64,000 nt of DNA, from the NCBI GenBank assembly GCA_043816305.1, contig JBDRHZ010000023.1, positions 7,720 through 71,719 of the forward strand. The letters are read 5' to 3'. This document shows, in pieces, positions 53,593 to 62,928 of this stretch. How positions within the stretch are numbered: the first letter of the stretch is position 1; every line of letters starts with the position of its first letter. This DNA comes from Patescibacteria group bacterium (lineage in GTDB: Bacteria > Patescibacteriota > Dojkabacteria > JAHIVN01). The notes beneath the pieces were generated by a model. That model ran no database searches. It saw only the letters and a program-made list of their open reading frames with translations, and was not told where the DNA came from. Position numbers and translations under genes: made by a program.

Positions 53593-54210
53593 TCATTCTT
53601 TCCGCTCAGTTATCAGTTTTCTCAGCAAATCGAGGCCCCTATAAAACTGCATTTTCACGGAGGCTTCAGACTTATCGAGAAGCTGTCCAATCTCGCCAAA
53701 GGTTAAGTCCTCTGTAAACCTAAGCGTAAATAAATGATTAAGTTCTTCGGGAAGATCTTTTGCAATTTCGTTGATCTGGTTTATTAAATCTTCTCTCGAT
53801 AACTCATCGGTGATATCAACGCCTTCTTCTGCGGGCTGGACTACCATTGAGTCAAAGGAAATGTTTCGTTCCTTTCTACTTCTATAATAGTCAACTATCA
53901 GATTGTGGGCTATTGTGTAGAGCCATACTACAAAAGGCTTGCTCTGATACTGATAGTTGTCAAACTTCTCTATTGCCTTTACAAAAGTTTCGCTAGTTAT
54001 GTCTTCAGCTAAATCCCTATTTTTCCCTACTCTACTATAACAGTATCGAAAAACAGCCTTCAGATATTTCCTATACAGAAGTTTAAAATTCGAAAGATCA
54101 GTCTTGGCAGCTTTGATCAATTCTTTGTCGCTTATTTGACTGTTTGTCACATAGAGAGAATATAATGCTGGTATTTTAATACTATTCAGGGAATTTGTTA
54201 ATAGCTGCAA
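53593..54210 (-). CDS. ECF-type sigma-70 family RNA polymerase sigma factor
   Basis: Region 2 (DLAEDITSETFVKAIEKFDNYQYQSKPFVVWLYTIAHNLIVDYYRSRKE) and region 4 (LPEELNHLFTLRFTEDLTFGEIGQLLDKSEASVKMQFYRGLDLLRK). There is no in-frame ATG near the start; either the TTG at 54210 or the GTG at 54150 is used. Confidence 0.85.
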   Translation of the reverse strand: MQLLTNSLNSIKIPALYSLYVTNSQISDKELIKAAKTDLSNFKLLYRKYLKAVFRYCYSRVGKNRDLAEDITSETFVKAIEKFDNYQYQSKPFVVWLYTIAHNLIVDYYRSRKERNISFDSMVVQPAEEGVDITDELSREDLINQINEIAKDLPEELNHLFTLRFTEDLTFGEIGQLLDKSEASVKMQFYRGLDLLRKLITERKE

Positions 54211-54351
54211 ATAAATTTAAGGCGCAGGCATTAAAAATACCTTTTTAGTTAAATCAATTGTGCAGTCCGCATTGCTACTTCACTAGACATTAGAAAGGTT
54301 AAGTAGTTTATGCTGGCCTTTTTATATTCATATAATTGAGTTTATAAGTAA

Positions 54352-54377
54352 TATCTTTCTTTTTCAAAAGAAAGATA
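54352..54377. promoter_or_regulatory. Perfect 12-bp-arm palindrome in the divergent sigma / DUF3048 promoter region
   Basis: TATCTTTCTTTT-TC-AAAAGAAAGATA, read directly. It lies between two divergently transcribed genes. Confidence 0.35.
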
Positions 54378-54513
54378 AGTCTCAAATACTACGAAACAAA
54401 GCATTAACCCATCTCAATTACTAGTTAAAATGAATATGCGTTGGGAATTCTAATTTAACTAAGTATACAACATATCGATTAACAAATCGTTCTGATAATG
54501 CTATGATAATCTC

Positions 54514-55713
54514 ATGATCGATGACATTGGTGCGTATCCACAGGAGAAATCTACTGTCCAAGTCAGAAAAAGTAAAACCAAGACTCTCACAAAGGTATTT
54601 GCTCTCTTTGCCTATGCCCTGCTCTTCTTGGATATCGGCATTGTTATCGGATTTCAACTTGCCCCTCGAAAAGTTGCTGTTGAACCGGAGCCAGAGATAG
54701 CAGAGCAGCTGCCTGATACCGGAGAGGAGTTTCCCTATCTTTCGGATGAGCCTATCAGGTCCCCTCTTAACGGTGAAATAATCGAAGAGGGAGATTATGA
54801 AAAAAATATTCACAATATTCCGCATGCAGTCATAATCTCAAATAATGAATCCGCAAGAGACGAACAGTATGGATTAAACTATGCCGATATCGTGTATGAG
54901 GCCGAAACAGAAAGCGGCATTACCCGGTTTATGGCTATATACTGGACCAATCAGGATAGCTACATTATCAAGCCTGTCCGAAGCGTAAGGAAATACTTTC
55001 TAGAATGGGCAAATGAATACGGAAATATCCCGGTGACTTTCTCCGGATTTGCTCAAACGATAAATCCGGAAACTGACTCCTGGGGTTATTATAAAACAAA
55101 CAGCATTCGGACAACTTACTACGATTGGCCATTTACCTGGGACGAAGATTGCCTCAAAACTCATCCAAGCATGCACTGTAAATCAGTAGCACCTGCAACT
55201 CTTTATACACTTTTTGATCAGAAGGGCTGGAGCTTTGAGTCTTGGGAGGGATTCCTGAATAAGAATGAGTGGAAATTTGACGATGCAAAAACTAACCCCA
55301 AATCTTATAAGCAGGCCAGCGAAGTGACTTACAGCTTTACCTCATACAATGACTGGAGCAGTCATTGGGTCTACTCAAAGAAAGACAACTCTTACAGGAA
55401 ATACGACCCCGACAATTCACACCTTGACATGAATAATAAAAAGGTGATAAAGGCAAAGACATTAATCTTACAGCGGATTGAGCGCAAATATACGGGTGAT
55501 GATAAAGGAAGAGTCGTCTATCATACTGTGGGTGAGGGAGATGCCTACATTCTAAGAGATGGATTAAAAATTCCAGCAACCTGGAAAAAAGAATGCAGTC
55601 AGTGCAGAACCCGCTGGCTTTCACGTGAAACCGTCGGACAGGAAATATCCTTGAGTCCTGGGCTTATTTGGGTTGCAGCAATTCCCTCCGACAAAGAAAT
55701 TACCTTTAAATAA
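54514..55713 (+). CDS. DUF3048-family secreted protein
   Basis: N-terminal TM helix, then SPLNGEIIEEG...IPHAVIISNNESARDEQYGLNYADIVYEAETESGITRFMAIYW, which matches the DUF3048 N-terminal pattern (PLtG...rP.avmidN...ARPQsGL..AD.vyE...EGGiTRf.a.f). Confidence 0.65.
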   Translation: MIDDIGAYPQEKSTVQVRKSKTKTLTKVFALFAYALLFLDIGIVIGFQLAPRKVAVEPEPEIAEQLPDTGEEFPYLSDEPIRSPLNGEIIEEGDYEKNIHNIPHAVIISNNESARDEQYGLNYADIVYEAETESGITRFMAIYWTNQDSYIIKPVRSVRKYFLEWANEYGNIPVTFSGFAQTINPETDSWGYYKTNSIRTTYYDWPFTWDEDCLKTHPSMHCKSVAPATLYTLFDQKGWSFESWEGFLNKNEWKFDDAKTNPKSYKQASEVTYSFTSYNDWSSHWVYSKKDNSYRKYDPDNSHLDMNNKKVIKAKTLILQRIERKYTGDDKGRVVYHTVGEGDAYILRDGLKIPATWKKECSQCRTRWLSRETVGQEISLSPGLIWVAAIPSDKEITFK

Positions 55714-55806
55714 ATTGCCGAAAGACATGCTGCTTCCTGCTTTACTGAAGAGACTATTCTGCTATAATTACAGCAAAGTTCGTTGAACATTTTACCATCT
55801 TTATTT

Positions 55807-56784
55807 ATGATTAAACTAGGAGAGCTTTTAAAATCTAAAAGAGAGGGCAGGGGATTAACAGTCTCTCAAGCAAGCGAAAACACGAAAATCCCAGAAGAAT
55901 TGATATCTGCCCTTGAGAACGGGGAATATGAACTTTTCTCATCCGAAGTATACCTGAAGGGTTTTATCAAGAACTATTCTAAGTTTCTCGGAATAGAGAC
56001 TCTGAAAGCTTTGGCTATATACCGTAGGGAACAAAGAGATTTTAAAGAAGATTCACTCAAAGATTCACAGAGACCAATCAAGCAGCCGAGAGCCTTTATC
56101 ACGCCAGGAAGGATAGTACTTATGATTACTCTTTTGATACTAGTCTCTGTTGTATCTTTTGTAGCTGTTCAGGTAAATAAGCTAGTTCAGCCGCCGAGCC
56201 TTGAACTAACTTCTCCTCTTGTAGCAAATTCACCTTCCGAGCTTTATCTAGAAGTCGACACTGATTCTATTTCACTGATGGGAAAGGTCGAAGTTGGAAG
56301 TAGGCTCCTGATCAACGGCAATGAAGTCACTACAAATAACCTTCAGGAATTTGCTGTGGACGAATATTCTCTCAAACCGGGAAGCAATGAGATCTATATA
56401 GTAGCAGAGAGTTATTACTTTTCAAAAACAAGTCAGATAAAACTTACTGTTCTTTTCGTCCAGAAACAGCAGGCGGATGAAAACACCTCTCCGGAAGAAA
56501 GCGGGGCAGAGGAAAATCCTCCAGGAGTAAAGAATGAAATGAAAGTTAACATTGACATTTTATCAGAAGCGGCGTGGGTAGTTGTTACAGTAGATGATGA
56601 ACCCAAACTGCAGGATACGCTTGAAGCTGAATCCTCCTATCAATTTAAAGCTCAGAAGGTTTTTTCTGTATATTCACCACGTCCCAACATGTTAAAGCTA
56701 ACAATTAACGACAAGGAATACACTTTCGGGTCTCAGACGCCGGCCGTATTCCGGCTGGTCAACGGAGAAGTTGTGCAGGAATAG
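55807..56784 (+). CDS. rodZ: RodZ-like cytoskeleton protein (HTH + TM + DUF4115-like C-terminus)
   Basis: MIKLGELLKSKREGRGLTVSQASENTKIPEELISALENGEYELFSSEVYLKGFIKNYSKFLGIE is the RodZ XRE-type HTH, followed by a single TM helix. The ATG at 55807 is preferred over the TTG at 55783. Confidence 0.75.
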   Translation: MIKLGELLKSKREGRGLTVSQASENTKIPEELISALENGEYELFSSEVYLKGFIKNYSKFLGIETLKALAIYRREQRDFKEDSLKDSQRPIKQPRAFITPGRIVLMITLLILVSVVSFVAVQVNKLVQPPSLELTSPLVANSPSELYLEVDTDSISLMGKVEVGSRLLINGNEVTTNNLQEFAVDEYSLKPGSNEIYIVAESYYFSKTSQIKLTVLFVQKQQADENTSPEESGAEENPPGVKNEMKVNIDILSEAAWVVVTVDDEPKLQDTLEAESSYQFKAQKVFSVYSPRPNMLKLTINDKEYTFGSQTPAVFRLVNGEVVQE

Positions 56785-56833
56785 ACATTGCGAAGTATAG
56801 CGGTCAAATTTAACTAGTCTAGTGAAAACATAA

Positions 56834-58609
56834 ATGCGAACCCAAATAGAAGAGATCAAGGAAAAGCTCAACATACTTGAAATAGCCCAAACTTATCTTT
56901 CAAATTTTCGCAGAAGCGGAGCAAATTACTTTACATTATGTCCATTTCATAACGAAAAGACTTCCTCATTTGCTGTCAATCCGGACTTGGGTATCTATAA
57001 ATGTTTCGGCTGTGGAGAGTCCGGAGATGTGATAAGTTTTATCGAAAAAATGGAGGGAGTCGATTTCCCGAAAGCCTTGGAGATGGCAGCAAATAAAGCG
57101 GGAGTTGAGCTAAAAACTACTTTCTCAAAAGAAGATGAACTTGCCCAAAAGGAGAAAAAAAAGGTTCTTTCTCTTAACAACCTTGTGGCCCAATACTATC
57201 ATTTTATCCTCACGAAACATAAAAATGGGAAGAAGGGAAGAATATACGCCAAAAAAAGAAAGGTAACGGCCGTACTTATCACAAAATTTAATATTGGTTA
57301 TGCTCCATCCTCTTATACAAGTCTTATCAAATTTTTGAGGGCGAAAGGATACAAAGACAACGAGCTCGTGCGGTGGGGATTTGCCGCATCTGGAAATGGC
57401 AGAATTTATGATAAATTTCGAAGCCGGCTGATTTTTCCCCTAATTGATCACCTGGGAGACATCGTAGGATTTTCAGGGAGAAGTATTCTAGAGAACTCTA
57501 GGGCGCCAAAATACCTGCATAGCCCGCAGACAATTGCATTTGACAAGAGTAGACTTTTATTTGGTCTGAGTGAGGCAAAAAACAGTATAAGGAAATCTGA
57601 TGCTGCTATTCTTTGCGAGGGACAACTAGACGTAATCAGCTCGCACAAAACATCCATCACCAACGTTGTTGCATCGCTTGGAACAGCTCTGTCAAATAAA
57701 CAGCTGGAGTTAATCAAAAGATACACTTCGAATATTAAATTCTGCCTGGACTCTGATTATGCCGGAGAAGTCGCTCTAATTCGTGGTGCGAACCTCGCCC
57801 ATAGCATCGGCCTTAATGTAGAAACCGTTACTTTGCCCCAAGGAAAAGATGCGGACGAACTTATAAATTCGGATCCCGGCTTATGGGTAAATTCTATCAA
57901 AAAGTCGGAAAGTATCATAGATCATCTCATCCTGAGACTGGAAAAAAGGCTCGATTTAGGTAACCTTGACGCTAAAGAAAATTTTTATAAAATAATCCTG
58001 CCAATCATTTCGGGTCTTCCCCGGAAAATGGATAAGTCTCATTATATTCACAAAATTTCATTTATTCTTAACATTGATGAAAACATCCTGCTTGAAGAAC
58101 TCGATAATTTAACTACAAGGGAAAACCTATCAGAGATAAATTCTGCTAAAGTAAGAAAGGTGCTTGAGTCTCCTGCTGTAAAGAAAGAAGAATATCTTCT
58201 GACTCTAGTTCTTCAACATACCCAGTTCTTAGATTGTTCCTTTAAGACGTGCACTCCAAGGCATGTGCTTTCTCCAGCAGCCAGATCCGTCTTAGAAAAA
58301 CTGAAAAAATATAAAAATAAGAAAAAGAGGTTTGTTTTGAAAAATTTTATAGCTGGACTTGAGAATGTCGAAGTAGTCCTTGTCCGGAAACTGCTGATAA
58401 CTAAACTTGATACCTATTTTAAACTTGAAAATGAGTTTGAGATTGAGTTAACCAAGCTATGTCGCCACCTAAAGCACAACTATCTTCGAACGAAGATCCG
58501 ACTTCTGAAACCTCAAATCCAGTCTGCGGAGGAAAAGGGAGACAAAAAACTTTCACGATCTCTTCTGGAAAAACTCGCGACTCTAGCCAGTGAGATTTCG
58601 AAGGAGTGA
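56834..58609 (+). CDS. dnaG: DNA primase DnaG
   Basis: Zinc-binding CPFHNEKTSSFAVNPDLGIYKCFGCGESGDVISF, an RNA polymerase core, and a TOPRIM domain (AILCEGQLDVIS..., DSDYAGE). Confidence 0.93.
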   Translation: MRTQIEEIKEKLNILEIAQTYLSNFRRSGANYFTLCPFHNEKTSSFAVNPDLGIYKCFGCGESGDVISFIEKMEGVDFPKALEMAANKAGVELKTTFSKEDELAQKEKKKVLSLNNLVAQYYHFILTKHKNGKKGRIYAKKRKVTAVLITKFNIGYAPSSYTSLIKFLRAKGYKDNELVRWGFAASGNGRIYDKFRSRLIFPLIDHLGDIVGFSGRSILENSRAPKYLHSPQTIAFDKSRLLFGLSEAKNSIRKSDAAILCEGQLDVISSHKTSITNVVASLGTALSNKQLELIKRYTSNIKFCLDSDYAGEVALIRGANLAHSIGLNVETVTLPQGKDADELINSDPGLWVNSIKKSESIIDHLILRLEKRLDLGNLDAKENFYKIILPIISGLPRKMDKSHYIHKISFILNIDENILLEELDNLTTRENLSEINSAKVRKVLESPAVKKEEYLLTLVLQHTQFLDCSFKTCTPRHVLSPAARSVLEKLKKYKNKKKRFVLKNFIAGLENVEVVLVRKLLITKLDTYFKLENEFEIELTKLCRHLKHNYLRTKIRLLKPQIQSAEEKGDKKLSRSLLEKLATLASEISKE

Positions 58610-58785
58610 GGTTGTTTCACTCGAAACGATAAGTTAGGTTAAAAGGAGAAAGAGCATATTTGGCTAATTGATCCTGGCTTTCCCTTTCATATTAAAGGAA
58701 TTTCTTCGTATTTGCTTTTAGCGAAAGGATGCTTTAGAATTCTTTGTATCCCCAGAACCCTTCGCTTAAATTAACTTGTATTGTT

Positions 58786-60312
58786 ATGATTGCGAAAATA
58801 ACATCCGCAGCCGTAATAGGTCTTGATGCACAGCTTGTTTATGTCGAAGTTCACTTTTCAAAAGGAAAGAGCAAGTTTTTTATTGTAGGAATGCCTGACA
58901 AAGCATGCAGCGAATCAAAAGAGCGTGTCTCTGCTATTATCAGGAACCTCCTCGGCCGCAGGATTCCGGCAGGAACAATTACAGTAAACCTTGCGCCAGC
59001 AGACATTCTCAAAACAGGACCTGTATACGACCTTCCCATATCAATTGGAATATTGAGTGTACTCGGAGAAATTCGCTTTGATCAAAACAAGAAGATGTTT
59101 TTTGGCGAATTAGGCCTTGATGGTCGTACAAAACATGCTGATGCAGTACTTGCAATATCAGATCTTGCAAGAAGAAAGGGAGTTAGCGAGCTGTACATTC
59201 CAGAAAGTGATGTTTCAGAAGCTGGTCTTATACCTGGTACAGAGATACTTCCAGTCAGAGCACTTTCCGATCTTGTTGCACATTTAAATAGAACGGAAAA
59301 AATCAAACCCTTTAAGCAGGTTAAACACACCAATCAATCATCCATTTCTGAGTTTGATCAAGATGACATAGCCTACATAAAAGGACAGAAACAGGCTAAA
59401 AGGGCTATGGAAATAGCTGCAGCAGGAAGCCACAATCTGCTTATGTGCGGATCTCCTGGCTCAGGAAAAACCATGCTTGCAAAGAGTCTTCCTGGGATTC
59501 TTCCAACACTTACATTTGAAGAGGGTCTTGAGGTCACTAGGATATATTCAGTTGCAGGTCTTCTAAATAACAATCATTCGCTGCTGAAATACCGTCCATT
59601 CAGAAAGCCTCATCATACGATAAGTCACATAGCATTAACTGGAGGGGGAAGCATACCTAGACCTGGCGAAATATCATTGTCTCATAGGGGAGTATTGTTT
59701 CTTGATGAATTCACTGAGTTTTCAAGCAAGTCGATTGAGTCATTAAGACAGCCTCTCGAGGATGGCGTTATAACGATCTCACGTGCAAAGGGAACACTTA
59801 CTTTCCCTGCTAAATTCATGTTGATCGCGGCAATGAATCCCTGCAGGTGTGGATGGTACGGAGATGACAGCAGAGAATGCTCATGTTCACCATTAGAAAT
59901 CACACGGTACAACAAAAAGATTTCAGGACCGATTTTGGACCGCATAGATATTTCACTTAAAGTACAAAGAGTCGAGTTCAATGAACTAAATTCAAATATG
60001 AATACAGAAACATCCAGTTGTGTCCAGGCTAGAGTGCAGAAAGCAAAAGAGATTCAGAATAAACGCTTTACTAATACTCACATTACTTCAAATAGTGAGA
60101 TGTCTCAGAAAGATATTGAACTAAATGTAATATTGGATTACACCTCTAAAGTAATTCTCAAAAAAGCAGTAATAAAGCTGAACATGTCTGCGAGAAGTTA
60201 TTTCAGAACCATGAAGGTAGCCAGAACAATCGCAGATCTAGAACAGTCCGAAGCTGTAAAGTCATCACACGTAGCCGAAGCTTTAAGTTATAGAATTGCA
60301 GATGCGACCTGA
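58786..60312 (+). CDS. comM: Mg-chelatase-like ATPase YifB/ComM
   Basis: MIAKITSAAVIGLDA... (Lon-like N-domain), GSPGSGKTMLAK (Walker A), VLFLDEFTEF (Walker B), and the C-terminal ...SARSYFRTMKVARTIADLE. Confidence 0.92.
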   Translation: MIAKITSAAVIGLDAQLVYVEVHFSKGKSKFFIVGMPDKACSESKERVSAIIRNLLGRRIPAGTITVNLAPADILKTGPVYDLPISIGILSVLGEIRFDQNKKMFFGELGLDGRTKHADAVLAISDLARRKGVSELYIPESDVSEAGLIPGTEILPVRALSDLVAHLNRTEKIKPFKQVKHTNQSSISEFDQDDIAYIKGQKQAKRAMEIAAAGSHNLLMCGSPGSGKTMLAKSLPGILPTLTFEEGLEVTRIYSVAGLLNNNHSLLKYRPFRKPHHTISHIALTGGGSIPRPGEISLSHRGVLFLDEFTEFSSKSIESLRQPLEDGVITISRAKGTLTFPAKFMLIAAMNPCRCGWYGDDSRECSCSPLEITRYNKKISGPILDRIDISLKVQRVEFNELNSNMNTETSSCVQARVQKAKEIQNKRFTNTHITSNSEMSQKDIELNVILDYTSKVILKKAVIKLNMSARSYFRTMKVARTIADLEQSEAVKSSHVAEALSYRIADAT

Positions 60313-60381
60313 TAATTTGAATCAACCTTAAACGATCCTCAAAATGCTAAAGTTGAGATTTTTTCAATATCTATCATTTTC

Positions 60382-60390
60382 TGATAAAAT
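60382..60390 (+). promoter_or_regulatory. Candidate extended -10 element TGATAAAAT upstream of def
   Basis: Identical 9-mer to 10707-10715 and 35117-35125, 26 nt before the def ATG. Confidence 0.4.
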
Positions 60391-60416
60391 TAAGACTTAC
60401 TATTAAAGTTTACCAT

Positions 60417-60998
60417 ATGAAAAAGATCTTACAGCTTGGCGACCACCTCCTTGAACGGAAATCCAAGCACGTTAAAGATATAAAATCTAAGAGAGTTCAA
60501 ACTGTTATCGCTGACCTCATTTCTTTATGCAAAGCAAAGGAAGAAAATAGCGGTGGCCTTGCAGCACCCCAGATCAGTGAAGATCTCAGATTATTTGTTG
60601 CAAGAAGGCTCGACCTTGAAGATGAATACCAGAAAAAGGGGAGAAAAATTGTATCAGAACTGGGAGAGATGCTTTGGGAAGTTTTTATCAATCCCAAGAT
60701 TGTCAAAAAGGGGGAAAAACTTTCAACTTTCTGGGAGGGATGTTTGAGCGTAGATAATGGGAAGCTCTTTGGACCAATTACGCGTCCTTCTACTGTACAA
60801 GTGGAATACACTGACCAATCCGGCAATCAGAAATTATTGGCTGCATATGATTATTTTGCGCATGTAGTACAACATGAACTTGACCATTTAAACGGGTACC
60901 TCTTTGTAAAATATATAGACAATCCAGAAAATCTTTGGAAAAATGCTGATCTGGATAACTATCTACGTGATCACGGAGATTTTCCCCCCGAAATCTAA
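60417..60998 (+). CDS. def: Peptide deformylase
   Basis: GLAAPQI (motif 1), EGCLSV (motif 2), HELDHLNG (motif 3). Confidence 0.93.
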   Translation: MKKILQLGDHLLERKSKHVKDIKSKRVQTVIADLISLCKAKEENSGGLAAPQISEDLRLFVARRLDLEDEYQKKGRKIVSELGEMLWEVFINPKIVKKGEKLSTFWEGCLSVDNGKLFGPITRPSTVQVEYTDQSGNQKLLAAYDYFAHVVQHELDHLNGYLFVKYIDNPENLWKNADLDNYLRDHGDFPPEI

Positions 60999-61452
60999 TT
61001 CAGAAAAACTTCCCAAGCTATCAATTCAGAATACCTAGAAATTAGAATTTATTCTCTTAATAAGACAGGATTCGTGCAAACGACTCTTCACTATAGGTTA
61101 AAAAATACATAGTCGATAAAATCGAAGAACTCCTGAATGATACATTCTTTTACATACTGCTTTTATATGGAAGAATTTATTAACTGCCATTTGATGCAGC
61201 AAGAATCCAGCCTTTAGTTTACACTCATCCCAGACATATCACACACTAAAGTCCATTTTCAACCTATAAATAGATGTTTTCTCTGATAAGTTGAGCTGTA
61301 CGTTTATAAATGTGAGAAGGTTTTAACTTTGCCTTAGTAGAGTATTGTCGAACCAATTTATTCTTGTATAATGCGCACCAACTTTTAGATATCTTTACAG
61401 TATAGCGTTTATTTACTTACAGTTAAGGAAAACATCGTTACTATAGGGATTA

Positions 61453-61482
61453 TTGACATTTATACGCTTTTAGGGCTAAACT
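61453..61482 (+). promoter_or_regulatory. Candidate sigma-70-type promoter for hup (TTGACA - 18 nt - TAAACT)
   Basis: Consensus -35 TTGACA at 61453-61458 and a -10-like TAAACT at 61477-61482. A second candidate (TTGTCG-16-TATAAT with TG) lies at 61345-61372. A strong RBS AAGGAGG at 61557-61563 sits 9 nt before the ATG. Confidence 0.4.
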
Positions 61483-61572
61483 ATAAGCGAATCCCAAACA
61501 TGATTTACTGCCCGTTTGGGCAATCCCTCAAATAACTTTTAGGGAAATAATAAAGAAAGGAGGAAAGTAAGT

Positions 61573-61845
61573 ATGAACAAAATGGACTTAGTAAACATGC
61601 TGGCTGATAAAACCGGTATGACAAAAAAGGGAGCTGCAGAAGCTCTCGACACAGTTCTTGGTGCAGTAATGGGTGCACTCAGGAAAGGTGAGAAAGTTAC
61701 CATCACAGGATTTGGTACATTTGAGGTTCGAAGCCGAAAGGCACGAACTGGACGAAATCCTCAGACTGGTAGTGAGATTATGATCCCTGCAAGAAAAGTT
61801 GCTGCTTTCCGAGCTGGAAAAGCACTTAAGGATGCAGTTAAGTAA
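61573..61845 (+). CDS. hup: HU-family nucleoid DNA-binding protein
   Basis: MNKMDLVNMLADKTGMTKKGAAEALDTVLGAVMGALRKGEKVTITGFGTFEVRSRKARTGRNPQTGSEIMIPARKVAAFRAGKALKDAV is a full-length HU match, including the arm RNPQTG. Confidence 0.95.
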   Translation: MNKMDLVNMLADKTGMTKKGAAEALDTVLGAVMGALRKGEKVTITGFGTFEVRSRKARTGRNPQTGSEIMIPARKVAAFRAGKALKDAVK

Positions 61846-61867
61846 TTTCAACGCTTTCTAAAGAGGT

Positions 61868-61897
61868 AAAAAGCCCTGTACAAGTTACAGGGTTTTT
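61868..61897 (+). terminator. Rho-independent terminator of hup
   Basis: AAAAAG-CCCTGTA-CAAGT-TACAGGG-TTTTT: a 7-bp G/C-containing stem, a 5-nt loop and a T5 tract, 23 nt after the stop codon. Confidence 0.8.
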
Positions 61898-62044
61898 ACT
61901 TTGTATCCAAGTTTGTATTTAGCTTGTTGAAAATAAGAAGCAATTCTCAGATTCCGTTGACCCAAAAATGATCAAGTTGATTGAGATGATTACTCTTAGG
62001 TAAACTCGGGGCATGCGTCTTACATTTCACCAACCACTGTAGAC

Positions 62045-62121
62045 TGAATACTGATGGCTGATACCAGTTCCCGGTTACCAGATATCGGTTACCTGCTACC
62101 AGTTACCTGTTACTTCCTATT
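62045..62121. repeat. Heptamer tandem repeat (11 units, consensus NGNTACC)
   Basis: TGAATAC TGATGGC TGATACC AGTTCCC GGTTACC AGATATC GGTTACC TGCTACC AGTTACC TGTTACT TCCTATT, intergenic between hup and the GT2 gene. Confidence 0.75.
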
Positions 62122-62175
62122 CCTCAAATCACCTGAATCGGCTATAATACTTCCGCTTACATTTTCGAGTTTGTA

Positions 62176-62928
62176 ATGATGGCATCTCAGCTAGACGTTC
62201 TGATTACAGTACCTGTTTACAACGAGGAGAAACAACTCAGAGAGAAGATATCTGAACTTGACGCTTACTCGCGAAAAAATCTTAATGGTCTTAAATATCA
62301 AATAGTAATTACAGAGAACGGATCAAAAGATAAAACACCTCAAATCGCCAGGCAATTATCAAAGGACCTTGAGTATGTCAGCTTATACGAGCATCCCGAG
62401 CAGGGCAGGGGCAAGGCTCTTTATGCGCTTTGGAAACATATGAATGCCAGGTGTTATGCATACATGGACGTAGATCTAGCCACAGATATAAACCATACTT
62501 TTGAGCTCGTAAATTCAATATTGAAAAAAGGATACGACGTATCCCTCGCCTCAAGAAACTTAAAAGCTTCTAGGGTGCATAGAGGGCTAAAAAGGACTAT
62601 AATTTCTAAGGGATACATTTTCCTTTTGAAATCAATCTTTAGATTAAGGGTCTCTGATACGCAATGCGGATTTAAAGCTATCAGTAAAAGGGCAAGAGAT
62701 TTACTCTGGCCGTGTATGGATCCTTTAAACTGGACAGGAGCGGCCTGGTTTTTTGACGCTGAACTCGTCATCCTTGCAGAAAAGCTGGGTTTAAAAATAT
62801 TTGAGATTCCGGTAAAATGGACCGAGGCCCCAGGTTCAACTGTATCAATAAGAAGTACAATTATAGAAGACTTAAGTGGTATATTTCGATTATTAAAAAC
62901 AAAGCCATGGCAAAATCGCAAAAGCTAA
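62176..62928 (+). CDS. GT2-family glycosyltransferase, polyprenol/dolichol-phosphate mannose (or glucose) synthase-like
   Basis: VLITVPVYNEEKQL, ...ENGSKDKT..., YMDVDLATD (DxD), and a C-terminal ...FDAELVILAEKLGLKIFEIPVKW typical of Dpm1/Ppm1-like GT2 enzymes. Confidence 0.8.
   Translation: MMASQLDVLITVPVYNEEKQLREKISELDAYSRKNLNGLKYQIVITENGSKDKTPQIARQLSKDLEYVSLYEHPEQGRGKALYALWKHMNARCYAYMDVDLATDINHTFELVNSILKKGYDVSLASRNLKASRVHRGLKRTIISKGYIFLLKSIFRLRVSDTQCGFKAISKRARDLLWPCMDPLNWTGAAWFFDAELVILAEKLGLKIFEIPVKWTEAPGSTVSIRSTIIEDLSGIFRLLKTKPWQNRKS

Noticed and set aside
62454-62921. 155-aa antisense ORF within the GT2 gene, with similar shadow ORFs at 21958-22392, 4333-4701 and 2065-2418
   Set aside because: Each is fully contained opposite a well-supported gene (GT2, EamA, murJ, holA) and lacks recognisable domains. 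These are shadow ORFs.
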